The notes beneath the pieces are model-generated. The model saw only the letters and a program-made list of their open reading frames with translations, made no database searches and was not told the DNA's origin. A stretch of DNA of 51,428 nt, filler included, from Catajapyx aquilonaris (Eukaryota): the NCBI GenBank assembly GCA_000934665.2. It is 3 parts of 3 records of this genome, joined end to end, with 100 filler letters (N's around TTAATTAATTAA, not from the genome) between each part and the next. Parts side by side here need not be neighbours in the genome. Positions count along the whole stretch, not along the records: positions 1 to 17,066 come from JYFJ02007043.1; 2 more parts are not named here. One strand, given 5' to 3'. Position 1 is the first letter of the stretch, and every line of letters begins with the position of its first letter. Of this stretch, positions 1 through 12,745 are shown one piece after another. The translations under genes and the position numbers were made by a program.

Positions 1-119
1 ACTCGTCTGCGACAATTGTTGTCATGTGTCTCGAATGACACCGAATTGGCTCATCAGGTCCCGATTTGAGCCAATTCGGTGTCATTCGAGACACATGACA
101 ACAATTGTCGCAGACGAGT
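1..119. repeat. Perfect hairpin/palindromic MITE core, cut by the window start
   Basis: 1-53 is the exact reverse complement of 67-119, with a 13-nt spacer (54-66). Confidence 0.85.
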
Positions 120-500
120 GAGCATTATCAAGTCCATTACTAGAGGCTCCAGCTCTCCTCAGGTTAATGAATATATAGAGCAGACCAGGAAAAAATTTAT
201 TAGCCTCAAAAATAAACCAACCAATCATAATCAACATTATGTGTTTGAGTGTAATGTACAGGGTGATCCATAATTCTTCAGACAAACTGCTAGTAGAAAC
301 AGTTGAATACCGTAGAATTGTAGATGATAACAAAACTATTGAAGAGGTTTCATTTGATCTCAGCCTCGACAATGAGGTAATTGCCATTAAAGAGTGCATT
401 ACATCATCTCCTATATTTAGCAGATAGAAGGAGGCAGAGCACTACAGTATTCTAAAGGACGCGCCCATCTTCTGAAGGCAGGTTCTTTCGATCAGGGAAG

Positions 501-708
501 GCAGGAGTGGCGTTGGCGCTGCGGTAACGTGTGAGCCTGCGGATGGAGGGTCCCGGGCGCGATCCCAAGCCTTGGCATTCCCCCCTTCATCTCGTGCAGC
601 GTTCGACGTCATCTCGGGCTTCGTCTCGGGTGGGATTTCCGTTAACCGTTATAGACTAACCACCCGGGGGAGTTCACAAAATGACCGCAACAACGGCATA
701 ACGTAAAA
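501..708 (+). mobile_element. tRNA-derived SINE, type C (degenerate)
   Basis: tRNA-like head (GCTGCGGTAACG...GGGCGCGATCCC). The body TTCATCTCGTGCAG...GCTTCGTCTCGGGTGG...AGACTAACCACCCGGGG is shared with the copies at about 15365 (+) and 16215-16540 (-). Confidence 0.65.
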
Positions 709-2021
709 GATTTAGCTTGCGCTGAGAGAGGTGTCCTCGTAGAATAGTCCTAGCATGTAAATTATAAGTCCGATACGTACAGTATAATGAAATATTAAAT
801 TTTTAAAATATTTATATTTAGGTAAATATGGCGCGGTTTTCCAATGAGATGTCCCTTTACAATTGTAATTACACTGTAATTCATAACTGCAATTGATAAT
901 AATCACGTGGTTGACACATTAGGAAGCAAAAGGATCTCATTGACATGTCAAACTGGAGACTGCTCAATACCTTGTTTGGTTATGCAGTAAATGCAGTGTG
1001 TTACAACTGAAGTGTGCTTAGCTGTTAGTGATATTTTGGCTGCTTATTAATATTTTAAGAGGGTACCTTGGAATAGTTGGGTTTAGAGGCTAATCTGAAA
1101 TAATACTAATATTAGGTTGCATTACCCTATCCTTTTTAGCACGGTCTGCAAGAGATGGATTCTATCGTTGATGTTCGTCGAAGTAAGTTGTAGTCTACCA
1201 ATTGACTATTCCCAATCAAAAATTCATCGTAATTCATAGGAGGGTCCACTATGACCTAATGAGAGTAGAAAATACTATTGATGACCACTAGTAACTGATG
1301 ACAAATAAGCGGGTAGTGCCTGAAGGTCATTAACCACTATGGATATTTCAGTTGGCACGCACTGCTGGTATACCGGTATGCAGAATATACAGTATTATCA
1401 CCCGAAAATTTCTTCGCTGTTATTTATACTGCACTGTACATAGAGTGTGCGTAAGACACCAAGGTGACAAAATTGGTAACGCCAAAGCCATCTCATTTTA
1501 TTTTGCTTCCCTTTATGTGGGTTTTTTTAACTGATTAATTTTTTATTAAACTTCAACTTGGAATCTCACTTCTTTTTTGTATTAGTAGATCACGCTTAAT
1601 TCATATCCAACGCAATAGGTGCCATCAATAATTTACATCCTCTGAAAAAAAAAACACATGAATGCAGGTGTTTTTGATACCAACGTTGAAAGTGCCGCCT
1701 ACAATAATTGACACAACACCGCTTCCGCAGCCGCCTCTCCGCATTGTAATTTGAATAGCTTTGAAGTAAACTGCAGCCTGACTCCACGGCCCGAAATCCC
1801 TAGTGCGGACTGAGCAGATGGATGCAATGAAAGAGCAGCCGGTGTCGCTGCAAAAGGGAATGCTCCAAAAGCCGCCTATTTCCCACACTGGGTAGGCTTA
1901 GTTTGGCGGGAGAAGGAGCCGAATTCGGAAGCACAGTACGGTTCGTGTAGTCTGACGGGCCGGTCAGGTGTGCACCATGGTCTGTACCAGGCCGTAGATT
2001 AGTGGCGAATTGGGCCTGATC

Positions 2022-2230
2022 ATGCTGGACTTTGATGAAGTCTTGAAGGAGACGGGGGAGCTGGGGACCTATCAGAAACTGATCGTGTGCTTTGTGTTGG
2101 TTCCTAGTATCTTGCCGTGTTGCTTCCATGGCTACAATCAACTTTTTATGGCGGCAGCACCGGACCACTGGTGCCACATTCCTCAGCTTCAGGACTACAA
2201 CTTGAGCTTGGCGTTCATTAAAAACATCAG
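2022..2230 (+). CDS. First coding exon of an SLC22 organic cation transporter, beta-alanine transporter (BalaT)-like
   Basis: ATG at 2022 gives MLDFDEVLKETGELGTYQKLIVCFVLVPSILPCCFHGYNQLFMAAAPDHWCHIPQL, the SLC22 N-terminal DFD..L...G.FG.YQ / P.HWC motif. It ends at a CAG|GTGAGA donor (phase 2). No further exons were recognised in the window. Confidence 0.88.
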
Positions 2231-5200
2231 GTGAGATGGACATTGTGATATAATCGTGTCGGAATAAATTTAAATGGCGCGTCGAATTTCAGATTTAGTC
2301 CGGAATGCCAATGTGCTAATAATAAATATTGCAATACTCTCGAGTGCTGTTCTATGACAGGATAATAGATTTCTTGAATAAAATATGCTTCTGACTTCTT
2401 TCCAAGAAATTGCAATGACGAGAACAACTGGTAAGGTAATGGAAAGAATGCTACAATTTCCGAATAGCATCTTAACATTATGCATTATTCTGGAACATTT
2501 TAAAACTTGCATATCACAGTTTGAAACAATTTGCCGTTTGGATAATATCTTATGGCTTCCGTGTCACCCTAAAACTTGAGAGGATAAAATAGGGTAAGTA
2601 AAATCAAACATATAAATAAAAAATAGCCTGTCTCTACAGTATAGCAGTGTTATTCTTGGCCATCCTAAAACTGGCCCTTATCCGCGTGACATACTATGGG
2701 CCATTTTTGTAGACTATACTTCGCTACAGTTCACTGCCTCCCATGTTTTGCTACGCCACTGGTTATGTGGTTACCCTCACTTGACCATGTCCGTGAGTTG
2801 AGACACGGAGTAGTGACCACCACAAAGCGTTTTTCTAATGTGGAACCAATCAATTTAGCCAACCTTTTTGGCTGTGGTTCGCCTATTTTACGTCACGATA
2901 CACACAAACTCACACTAAACATCACGTTTGAAGAGCTGCTCATCATAATGAACTCTCCCCCATTATACGGCAAATATTACGAACACATTGCATTGCCTTC
3001 ACAAAATAATTATGTTCAGCCATATCACGCAGTCTTTCCAGCATCTAACAAGTAAGCTGAAATTGACATCTATTTTTAGTTCAAACAAACTGTCCCAGAA
3101 TATTGCGCGGTAGTTGCAGTGATTCAATTACATGGGCGATAGCAGGGAAAAGTAAGTGCGGTATAAATAGAAGCGTAATGAAATGATTGTGCTCGGACGC
3201 TGTCCATGAGAACCGTGCCTTTGAAGTGGTGTCTGTGCATACATGATGATCCAACCCCTGCCAGTTATCCATCCCTAACCCTCCCTTTTCGCTCACTCTG
3301 TAAGTTAATCCGATTCCAATTGCCTGCCGCCCTCAACTTTAGGACTCACTTTGGTTGCCGATTCTCCAAGGATTGGACTCAGCTAGGCCTTTCTCCGCCT
3401 TGCCCCTCTTACAAATTCCCAGGGAAAGTGCGTCTTAAGGGAGCTTAAGAAGAAGAAGAAGAAAAAAAAAACGGATGCGCATTTCGCCTCGCTTCCACAC
3501 CTCTATTTTGCATGACACTATATGCCACTTGGAGATTCCTGGAGGAAGCTTCGGAGTTACAAAAGAGTCAATTTCGGGAAGTGGTGGGCATACTAATTAT
3601 TATACGAATGCTGGGAGATTTTGGTGGAATTTTTAGATTTTGGGGATGGAGTCAATAAATCTGGCTGCTGCTGCAAGGATGTTATAAGCACAGAGCCTCT
3701 TTTCAGTACAGACATATATCAAGAAGTTATTTATAAATAGGGATATAACCAGTTATTCCAGTTTATGACTGAGAACAGGATCCATATAAGACTGATTAAT
3801 TAACCAATCAGATTTGGAGATAACCCTACAAATGGATCTTCCACAGCAGCCACCTGCAGACCGATTCTCTAACCTGCTGGAGAAACTAATTGATTCCCTA
3901 GAATCATGAACTCTCTCCCTTACAGTTGGGTAATTGGCTCGGTCACGTACAATGTTTTTTTAAGGAGTCTTCGCTGTACCACTGAATATTTGGCAAACCA
4001 CGTACTAATAAAAAGAATCCTTAATAGCCATTGACAGCCATTAATAGTAATATCCATTCTTCCAGTAGTAGCCTACTCTCTTTATCCATTTTCTCTTTAA
4101 TACTGTAATTAACAAGGAGATTTCGACTATCCACGAGGAAGAGGTTGTCAAGTGTATAATTATAACAGAGAGCGTTTGAAAAGTTAAGGTCACTTGGACG
4201 TGAAAAAAGAAACTTGTTGTAAATGAATATGTATCATGTTAAGTAATAATACAACATCTTGCACACCTTTACAGGATATAATGTAGTTGTAACACTTCGT
4301 TAAAATATTCATAACAGTGCATCACCGACACAGGTTGTATATAATTATCAAAATGCTTTCGGAACATAATGAAATCATTGTGCTTGTTAAATTATGCAAA
4401 TAATTTTAGATTATGTACAATGCATAACGTCAGAGTGGGAGCTCGACCGAATTGCTGTACCATCATTGCAGCATTTGCATGCACTTGCAATTAATTGACC
4501 CAAATATCGAATTACGTATCGGCAGCAACTATACTCTCAACCGTGTCAATCATTCGCAATTCAGAGTGGAACTCAGGTTCGCTTTTAAAGCAAGCAAGAA
4601 GGTCTTATATACGAGTATATGCCAGTGGCTCTGTTAGTGGGAAATTAGAATGCTCATGACTTACCCCAGTGACACTAACCAAAATCCAACTATTTCCACG
4701 ACTTTAGAGGAAAATATTGCAACGATGCTTTAATTATCTTGGGGAGAGAGAGAGGGGGGGGGGGAGGGATGGAGTCGGGAACACAGCCTCGTTCGATAGA
4801 TGAAGGAAACTGAATTCTACGTACAGCGTCATGGTGCATGCACTTAGCAGGGAAGATCAACTTAGAGGTTCCTATTTCGAGCACCCTCTCCTGCTTCCCT
4901 ATAGTCTTTAAAAAATATATAATCTAGTGATGAACTTTACTCAAACATCATTTGTATAATTGAAAATGTAATCCCCTGTAGCATCTCTGTGGTTTTATGT
5001 ATCCACTGGATGAGAGTGCGTTCTATAAGTTGGACACAAAGCTGCTAATATTGAGTCTGGAGGTGAAGAATATTCCAATATGATGGTAATTGATGGAACA
5101 GTCTGGCATTCGGATTGAAATTTCTGAAAGATTCTTAAGCCAGTCTCTCAGGCTTTCGAATCATTCCATCCCATTAGAGAGACTAAGAAGATGGTTTTTG

Positions 5201-8200
5201 AAAATCGGGGGCAATGATCATGGCCTGATAACGAGTCGGGATGGGAAGCTACTGGCTTGGGTGATGGCAAGGGGAGTGGTAGTGGTGTGGAGAAAGGGGC
5301 CGGGATTTATTTCCCTCGTGACCTCTCATTTCTGCTCCAGACAAGTAGAGATTGATTTCTTCATCGGGCGGAGATTGATAGACAATTTTCCAGAGGAAAT
5401 GTGCACTCCCTTTTAACGTCCATGCTGGTGCAAATGGATTGCCGATTTTCAGAATAGGCATCGGATTCATATTTGCAAGGATAGAGTTGAATATGCATAT
5501 CAATATCGGGTATATCTGTCGCTATAGGTGTCGTTCTGTAGATAAAATAAACGTGAGCAGGCACTGCAGTAGCCTATATAACATAACTTATGCAAATGAT
5601 GACATCTATCTGCAACTCTTGTCCTTTACGACATGTTTCACGGAAAAAGTAGGCGGGAGACTGCAACACATTGCCATACAGAAAAATAAAGCCGCTTTGG
5701 GATATTTTGTGAGGCTAACAAAGTTTTCTGTGAAATCCACTGCAGGCGCGTAAATTTTTTTCGAAAATTACAATTTAATTTTATTCACCTTGTTATTGAA
5801 TATGAAATGATATGGCTGGCGCATGGACCTGACTGAATTCAGTGGTAAGAATTTAAAAACATTCAGTGCCACTGTTTGAATGATTCATGTGGGAATGGGA
5901 GATGACGATGACACTGATTTGGTTTGGGAATGCCTTTAATGGCTGTGTGTGCATATCGAAATCCCAGCAGGACACACTTTATTTGCTTCAATTTGCGCAA
6001 CACGCGTTACCATCTGTAATTATCTATTGCCGGCGCCATATTCGCAAGGTCGTTAAAAAGCTCTAAAACACGGTGTAAACAAGCCGATTCCAGCAACAAT
6101 GCGTGTGAAAAACGCAGTTCTGAATCATGAATTGAAATGACTGGACATTCAAGTGTCCATTTCTGCTGGGCGATCAACATGTTCGCATAGTCCATAAAGC
6201 CACCTTGCAGTCCTTTTGTGCAGTTTGCGACTATTCGGCTCCAAAATGTTGAGGTCGAGTAATATACTATTTGAAACAAAGGCAATAAAGAAGCGTAAGT
6301 TTATGCATTTCATAATTTAATAGCCTCTCAGGGTCCATAAGCCACTTATTATTATCAGGGATGGCCAAATAATTGCTATTTAACAAAGGAGCTCATTATG
6401 CCCCGTTAATTTATCACTATACAGTAGTTGCCACATATGCGCATAACTGCACTGAACCCGGTTTCTGAAAGCAAGACCCGCATTGGGCTGTCGTTACTTA
6501 CGGTTCCAGAAACGCAAAAGCCGGTTGCCCCATAACATTTTAAATAGCTCACGTGACCTCCACCTTAGTTCTGACCGTGGTTCTGACCCAAGCCGCTATG
6601 AGCTTCTATTGCGTACCCACGGAATGCGGACAATTATTTTTGTCGCGTGACCAGAACTTAAGCTAAATCATGTTTATCCTGAAAGGTAGGCCACCCTCAG
6701 CACTTGGTCAAGGCTCAACAGGCTTGGAAATGAAGACGGTGTCGGTCTGGCAGGCGGTCAGTACTACTTCCATTTCCAAGCCTGTTTCACCTCGGCGAGG
6801 TGGTGTGGGTGGCCTATCATTCAGGATAAACCTTACCGAGACTAACTGCAGGTAGCAAGAGGCGAAGTGACAATCCCGTAGCAGTGTGAACACGAGGATA
6901 CCCTGGTTCCTAAGTGCAAATTAAATGGCTCCAAGAACCCATTCAGATCCGCCTTATACATTGTGGGCACCAGACTGCCCTAATAAAGCAGTAGTGTGAA
7001 ATCGATCTTCATCTCGTTAATCGTCGCAATTATTTTAAATATCCAATCAGATTGATGGTTGCCCTCCGGAAGTGGCAATCGAAGGACCTGCTCTCTTTTA
7101 GAATGGGCTTAGTGTAATGCTGAGCTGGCAGTTGAGAGCCTTGATAAGCCTCCTAGGAGGACGGGGGGGATCTTGAGCTGGAATGATTTCCTCTGCTGCG
7201 CAATCTTTAAGAACTCATCAAAGTGGATGACTGCAGTTAAGGTTGGGGGGGACTTGCTTGCTTGCTTGCTTGCTTGCTCACTTGGACGTTTGTAGTATCC
7301 GGGAGAAGTGGGCCAATGGAGCGGAAATATGCGATCCATGTCTGCCATGATGGAGAGTGCTCGCTGTATTTTTGTTTTTGATAAGGGAGCCCCATCCTTC
7401 CCCCGATGACAAGGGAGCAAATTCAGTGAAGTTGTCTGACGTTGCATTTTTCATCGGGCGATGAAAATTTCAGCTTCCCCCGTTTGTTATAAACAGCGTG
7501 TTTCATATGAGTCAATATGCATTTTTCCATCCATGCTGTGTCCAGTTTTTAACAAATATTCCCCCCCAACACGGCTGTCAGTTTGGTGGAATCCACGAAT
7601 TCCGGAGCCGCATTCGACCGGGGGGAATAGGACATACCCGAGTTGAACTGTACAGTTGTACTGACAAGGGATAAATACACCGCACGCAAGTCACGAATGA
7701 ACAGGAGGGAATATTATTATGCCCTTTTTTCTCATTTGAACGATACGTACAAAGCCATGAAATTACTTGACAACACTTCTCATCTGCGCTATTGTCCACC
7801 TTCCTGCCTCGTACCTATTCAAAAAAATAATTACCCGACAGTAACCCCACTCTAAGCATGTTTTATTGCTTGATTGTGGTGTTTTGTGCTTAATTTGCAT
7901 ATTTGACTGCACATTAGGTTGTAGAATCATCTAACATGTAACATTCGTATATGAAAATTACTGTGGCCAATTACAGGATATACGTACTGTACTCAGGATG
8001 AAGCGACGGTAAATCCAGGAGATGTAAACTACTTTAACCCAACATGGCTTTTTTGCTTGAGTTAAGTCAGTTCAGCTCCAAGGGTTTGAGCTTCTGCTGA
8101 ACAATATATCTCAGTTTTGGTAACTAACAAAAAAGTTAAGCTGTATATTCGTAGCCGTAGCTGAAATTATCTTTAAAATGATGAACCCATTTGTATCTCA

Positions 8201-9569
8201 CTGTTTTCGCCCTTTATAACTGGCGTGTAATATCTGCCGATATTATTTGTTCAAGCTGGAGACGTTCGCTCAGGTCTTTTCAAACTGAAAGCAGCACTTT
8301 TTGACGGGAAGTGTCACAAGAAAGGAATGGTGATGGCAGCTCTTTTTTCCCGCCGCATATCGGCGATAATTAAGATGGCGCCGAAGAGGCTCCCCTTTGC
8401 CACTTTTCCACCGACATGTTCCCGGCGGGAAGATCAAGCTGAGCATTTGTAGTCGCTCCTCGAGGTCGTCCAACGTCGTTTCCGGAAACATTGTACCCCG
8501 GACGTCATGCGGCGACACTGCTGATATTCATCTTGGGCCAAACTCCTCAGAGCCTGGTAGTTTACAGTCATGTGGCGGCACGTCACTTGAGAGTACCTTC
8601 CTTATTCGAGAAAAAATATATGCAAATAATGTGGAAGACGGACAATGCTCAAATCAACGTCAGAAATATAGCTAGGGTATTTTAAATAGCTACATATTTC
8701 TAAATCATGAAATCTCATATCTATATGTCATAATGATGGACATGGACGTGACTTTCTTCTGCAGTCGTGCACTTGGTTCGCCAGCTTTTCGTAATACCAT
8801 TCAATTTTGTGGTTTAATGAGGTCAGCGATAACTGTGCAGGATGTCGGGCTTTATAGCGGACAGTGCGGTGTCCATGCCATGTTCGAGTGTGGTACATTT
8901 CCTGAAGGACTTAATTTTATCTGGATACTATACAATAATTATTAAGTTTATATCGCCTTTCGGGCTTGCGAGAGGTTGTGGTGTTTATTTTTAAATGTCA
9001 AGTTTTCTTTAAAAACTCACGTGGTTGCTTCTGAAATGCTATAGATGTTATTTCCGTTATGAAGAGTAAAATTAATAACGATGTGTTGCTGAATCACAAC
9101 CATTGAGCGGAGTTACTAGTTATATACAGTATTTGAGAAGCGGAAATAGAAGTTTTCTTTCTAAACGGGACCAGCCTTGCTCCCATATGCTGAATGTTAT
9201 TGATTTTATTACTCTCGGAAGGACAAGGACGCAGTTTATATCTTTACTAGTACGCGCGGGTCCATGCCATGCCATTCTGCACAGGCTTTTAAAAATTAAA
9301 TCAAAAGGTTTCACGTGGTCGCGCCCCATGCTGCCCGCTTCCCACAGTCTCTAGTCATAAAGAAATAATAGGACACAGGCAGTCCTAGAAAGCCAAGCTA
9401 ATGAGCCATTATGACAAAATGACAATAATGGCGGCGAGCTCTATTTAGAACCAGCCCCAGATTCACTCCTAGGCTCTCCCGTGCTTGCCCAGGGACAACC
9501 CAGAGGCTAAGAGTGCCTCTAGCATGCACTCACATACACTGACACGTTCAGATATTAATACTTTCTTAA

Positions 9570-9828
9570 CCCCTTCGCTACCAGCTACGCCGAAAACGCC
9601 TAGATTTTAGCTTACTCTGAAGATACGGACAAGATATTTTGCAATTAATAACAGATATATTCACCAGTTCATGGAAAACACTATGAATGTGTTGGGAACA
9701 ATATATTTTTCTCCTCTATAGAAGTCCCTAAATTAATTCCCAAAAAGAACGCTGTAGAGTACCTATACTGAAAACGCCTAGATTTTACCTTACTCGTACT
9801 CTGAAGATAAAAACAATATACAGGATTT

Positions 9829-9893
<65 letters not shown>

Positions 9894-10665
9894 ATAATAA
9901 TAATAATAATATAATTCATACCCCATTATCAGCCGGCGGCGGCTCTTTAGGGGGGATATTTTTTGACTGGAACTCTTCGTTTCGTTTTTACTGGGCTTCT
10001 TGGGATAGGAAAGGAAGGAGGCGGCTGTGGCCTATTAGTTTAGGAAACAACTCCGGAATTCTCCTGGAGGAACCGTAGGAAACCACAGAAAACCACGGTT
10101 AGAGTTGCCGGCACCGGGATTCGAACGCAGGACCTCCCGATTAGCAGTCGGATACCATATTCCCTCCTCCACCACTGCTTCGGTGTATGTTACTAATAAT
10201 AACAGAACTACACTTACAAGTTCGTGCTCTTCATTATGAATGTGCTGGAAACAATTTTCCTCGTCTAGAAATTCCCGAATAAATTTTCAAAAATGTCGCT
10301 GTAAAAATACAAAATTCAAGTAATACAGGCCAACTGTTATAGGATGATTTAATTATGAAATGCATTAAAACATACGGAACATCGACCTTGAGATCCGTGG
10401 CACACGGATTTGCTGAAATAGTTGTAGGGCTTCTGTACTTCGCGCGAATTAAATTAATTCTGATATTCGTCTTGCTGTCACTTCGGATAACTCCCAAAAC
10501 TATTTATTTCTCGCGAAGTACAACGATTTCAGCAAATCCGTGTAGCACCCTTCTCAAGGTAGATGTTGTAATGTATTTCATAATTAAATATAACAGTTGG
10601 CCGTATCTTCAGAGTGCGCGTAAGATAAAATCTAAGCGTTTTCGGCCTCGCTGGTAGTGAAGGGG
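9570..10665. mobile_element. Non-autonomous piggyBac-like MITE carrying a nested SINE
   Basis: TTAA on both sides (9566-9569, 10666-10669). TIR CCCCTTCGCTACCAGC...GCCGAAAACGCCTAGATTTTA matches the right end. There is an extra internal inverted repeat at about 10325-10450/10500-10602. Confidence 0.8.
9831..10184 (-). mobile_element. tRNA(Ser-GCT)-like SINE, type A, with a (TAG)n/(TTA)n tail
   Basis: Minus-strand head ACCGAAGCAGTGG...CTGCTAATCGGGAGGTCCTGCGTTCGAATCCCGG (B box). 3' end is GGGGTA plus a microsatellite tail. Homologous to the 15715 and 47781-48096 copies. Confidence 0.8.
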
Positions 10666-11559
10666 TTAAACGAACCTCCTTGATAAATTGTATCTATAAT
10701 ATTAAAATGCTTGCGTTGCTTGACCGAGCCCTCTGATTGGCCCGCCCCCGTATTGTCGCCGCCACCTCTTCCCATTGGCCCCCGTCCGCCCCCGTCCATT
10801 GTTGCTGCGTCGTATCCATGGCGCATTGTTACCACGACGCCTCCGATTGGCCCCCGTTCCGAGCATGCGCAATGGGTGGGAGAACGCCTCAGTCGCTTGC
10901 TGGACGTCAACGAGGACGCATCATTCTCCTCTCCCGTGAAGACCCCTCTGCCCCTTCCACCTACCCTTCTACCCACGTCTTATTCACGGTGACCTCACAA
11001 CAGAGGAGGGGGAGAGGAGGGGGAATTGGAACGTGCCATAAACAAACCGAATCGAATGTTGGCCAAGGTCGGAATCTGTTGTTTATCAATGGTGCCAATA
11101 TAAACTCCATGGCCGTTTATGAACAAAGTAAAATAATTCCGGTTTTTTAAACGAGGTCCTTACTGCTGCCGTCAGATAGGAGAAGACCGTAACTCAATGC
11201 TCACTTCCCCTTGCGCCGCTTGCGACGAGAAAAAAAAGCACCCAACAGGTGGAGTTGGGAAGCCGTTCCTTTTTCCCCCTTCCCCCAACGCCACCTCTTG
11301 GATGCTGTCGGTAACACTTGCTTTAACTTTCCTCGGCGCAAGTGGATATTGAGTAAAACGGTCCTCTCACATCTGACTGCAGTACTGGCATCCCCCAGTG
11401 GGAAGAGTTGCAGGATTAGCCGCGATATTCAACACTGAACCCGGGGATAGGCCGAGAACGTCAAAATAAAATGTCGGGAAGAATTAAACCAGTTTTTGAT
11501 CGTGTAATATTATTTTTTTAATTGTAGTTATTTTTTATTTATTAAAATAATCGCGGCCA

Positions 11560-11610
11560 CCCTCGACACCCACGGAGACGGCTTCGCGACCCCCAGGTTG
11601 GGAACCACTG
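11560..11610 (+). mobile_element. Terminal fragment of a hAT (Charlie-like) MITE
   Basis: CGCGACCCCCAGGTTGGGAACCACTG is a typical hAT/Charlie-type terminus; no partner end was found. Confidence 0.45.
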
Positions 11611-11611
11611 A

Positions 11612-12091
11612 TCTAACTTTAATACAGACACTGCCAAGTTCCATTGGCTGTTTATTAGTAAAGGGACGTTATGAGCAGTTAGAAAAACGTGGTCGGAAAG
11701 CGTGCATATGATTTAGATACATGTGCGAGTGCATGCAAATAGAGGCGGTAGAGGTTGTGAATTTTTGTTCATACAATAATAAATTGTTGTTTTTTAAAAT
11801 TGCAAAGGTTTGGGTATGTTGAGGTGGGAAAATGCATATTTCCCAGCCAATGCAAAGGTGGGATTGCAGATTGGTCGCAGGATAGGGAATCACATATATG
11901 TGAATGCACGGAGGAAAGGGTGAGGGTGGGGGGTGTGGATGTGATTGGCATCATCACTGGCAATATAAGTCCGAAGCGATTGAAAATCTGGTGGGCACTG
12001 TAGGCCGCAGGCCTAGAAGAATGCGAGCGAAGCGAGCGGTTTTCTAGGCCAGCGCCCTAGGAAAATACGAGCGGAGCGAGGGTTTTCCTAG
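11612..12091 (+). mobile_element. Non-autonomous Helitron-like element
   Basis: Candidate A|TC start at 11612. The 3' region has GCGAGCGAAGCGAGC motifs and hairpins ending CTAG|T at 12091. Confidence 0.55.
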
Positions 12092-12689
12092 TATTGATAT
12101 TATTTTTCGCGATATATCCCTGGGGGACGGCCATCGCTTTCAGGCCCCGCGATTGGCCGCCTCCGGTCAATAGCAGTGAGGTGATAAATCAAACGGAAGG
12201 ACTTTGAGCTTTACATATCAGAGACATGGGTAATTACGCTGGCATGTTAGCAATTTATATTTCACGACACTTGTAGAACAAAATAGTACCCTATATTTTA
12301 TGACGACTATTATGAAATAATTAACTTATTAATAGAAGCAGAAAATTGTGCGTTTCATTTTACCAAAATTATACTGTGTTGTGTAGCAGGAGAAGAATCT
12401 ATCGCACAAAAAAATAAAACTTAGGAACTTAGGAATAGCTGGTACCTGGAGGTCGAGTTCTCAGCGCCTAGATATTCTAGGCCGCTGGGGCTCAAGGTCT
12501 AAACATTAGTTTTGTATTGCCTTAGTTAAATTTATTGTAAATACAGTACAGCAGAGTGTGTATGTATATAAGACAAAAACTTCACTATTTCTTAGAAAAC
12601 CGTAATATTGTACGTTATTTCATGTTTTTATATGTTTTTGATGCGCTTCGTTCAAGCTCTCGTTGCTCCTCGGATTGTCCGACCTTTTC

Positions 12690-12745
12690 TGTTATCCAAC
12701 GATGCCCAAGTCCCGTGGGTGACGGATAATCGGGGTTCTACTGTA
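12690..12745. mobile_element. pogo/Tigger-like MITE terminus
   Basis: CGGATAATCGGGGTTCTACTG|TA is a typical CAGTAGAACCCCGATTATCCG-type TIR next to a TA; the other end is not clear. Confidence 0.45.

Noticed and set aside
8270..8518. PETTLDDLEERL peptide reminiscent of a Tc1-family transposase C-terminus
   Set aside because: The similarity is too short, and no DDE motif or TIR was found.
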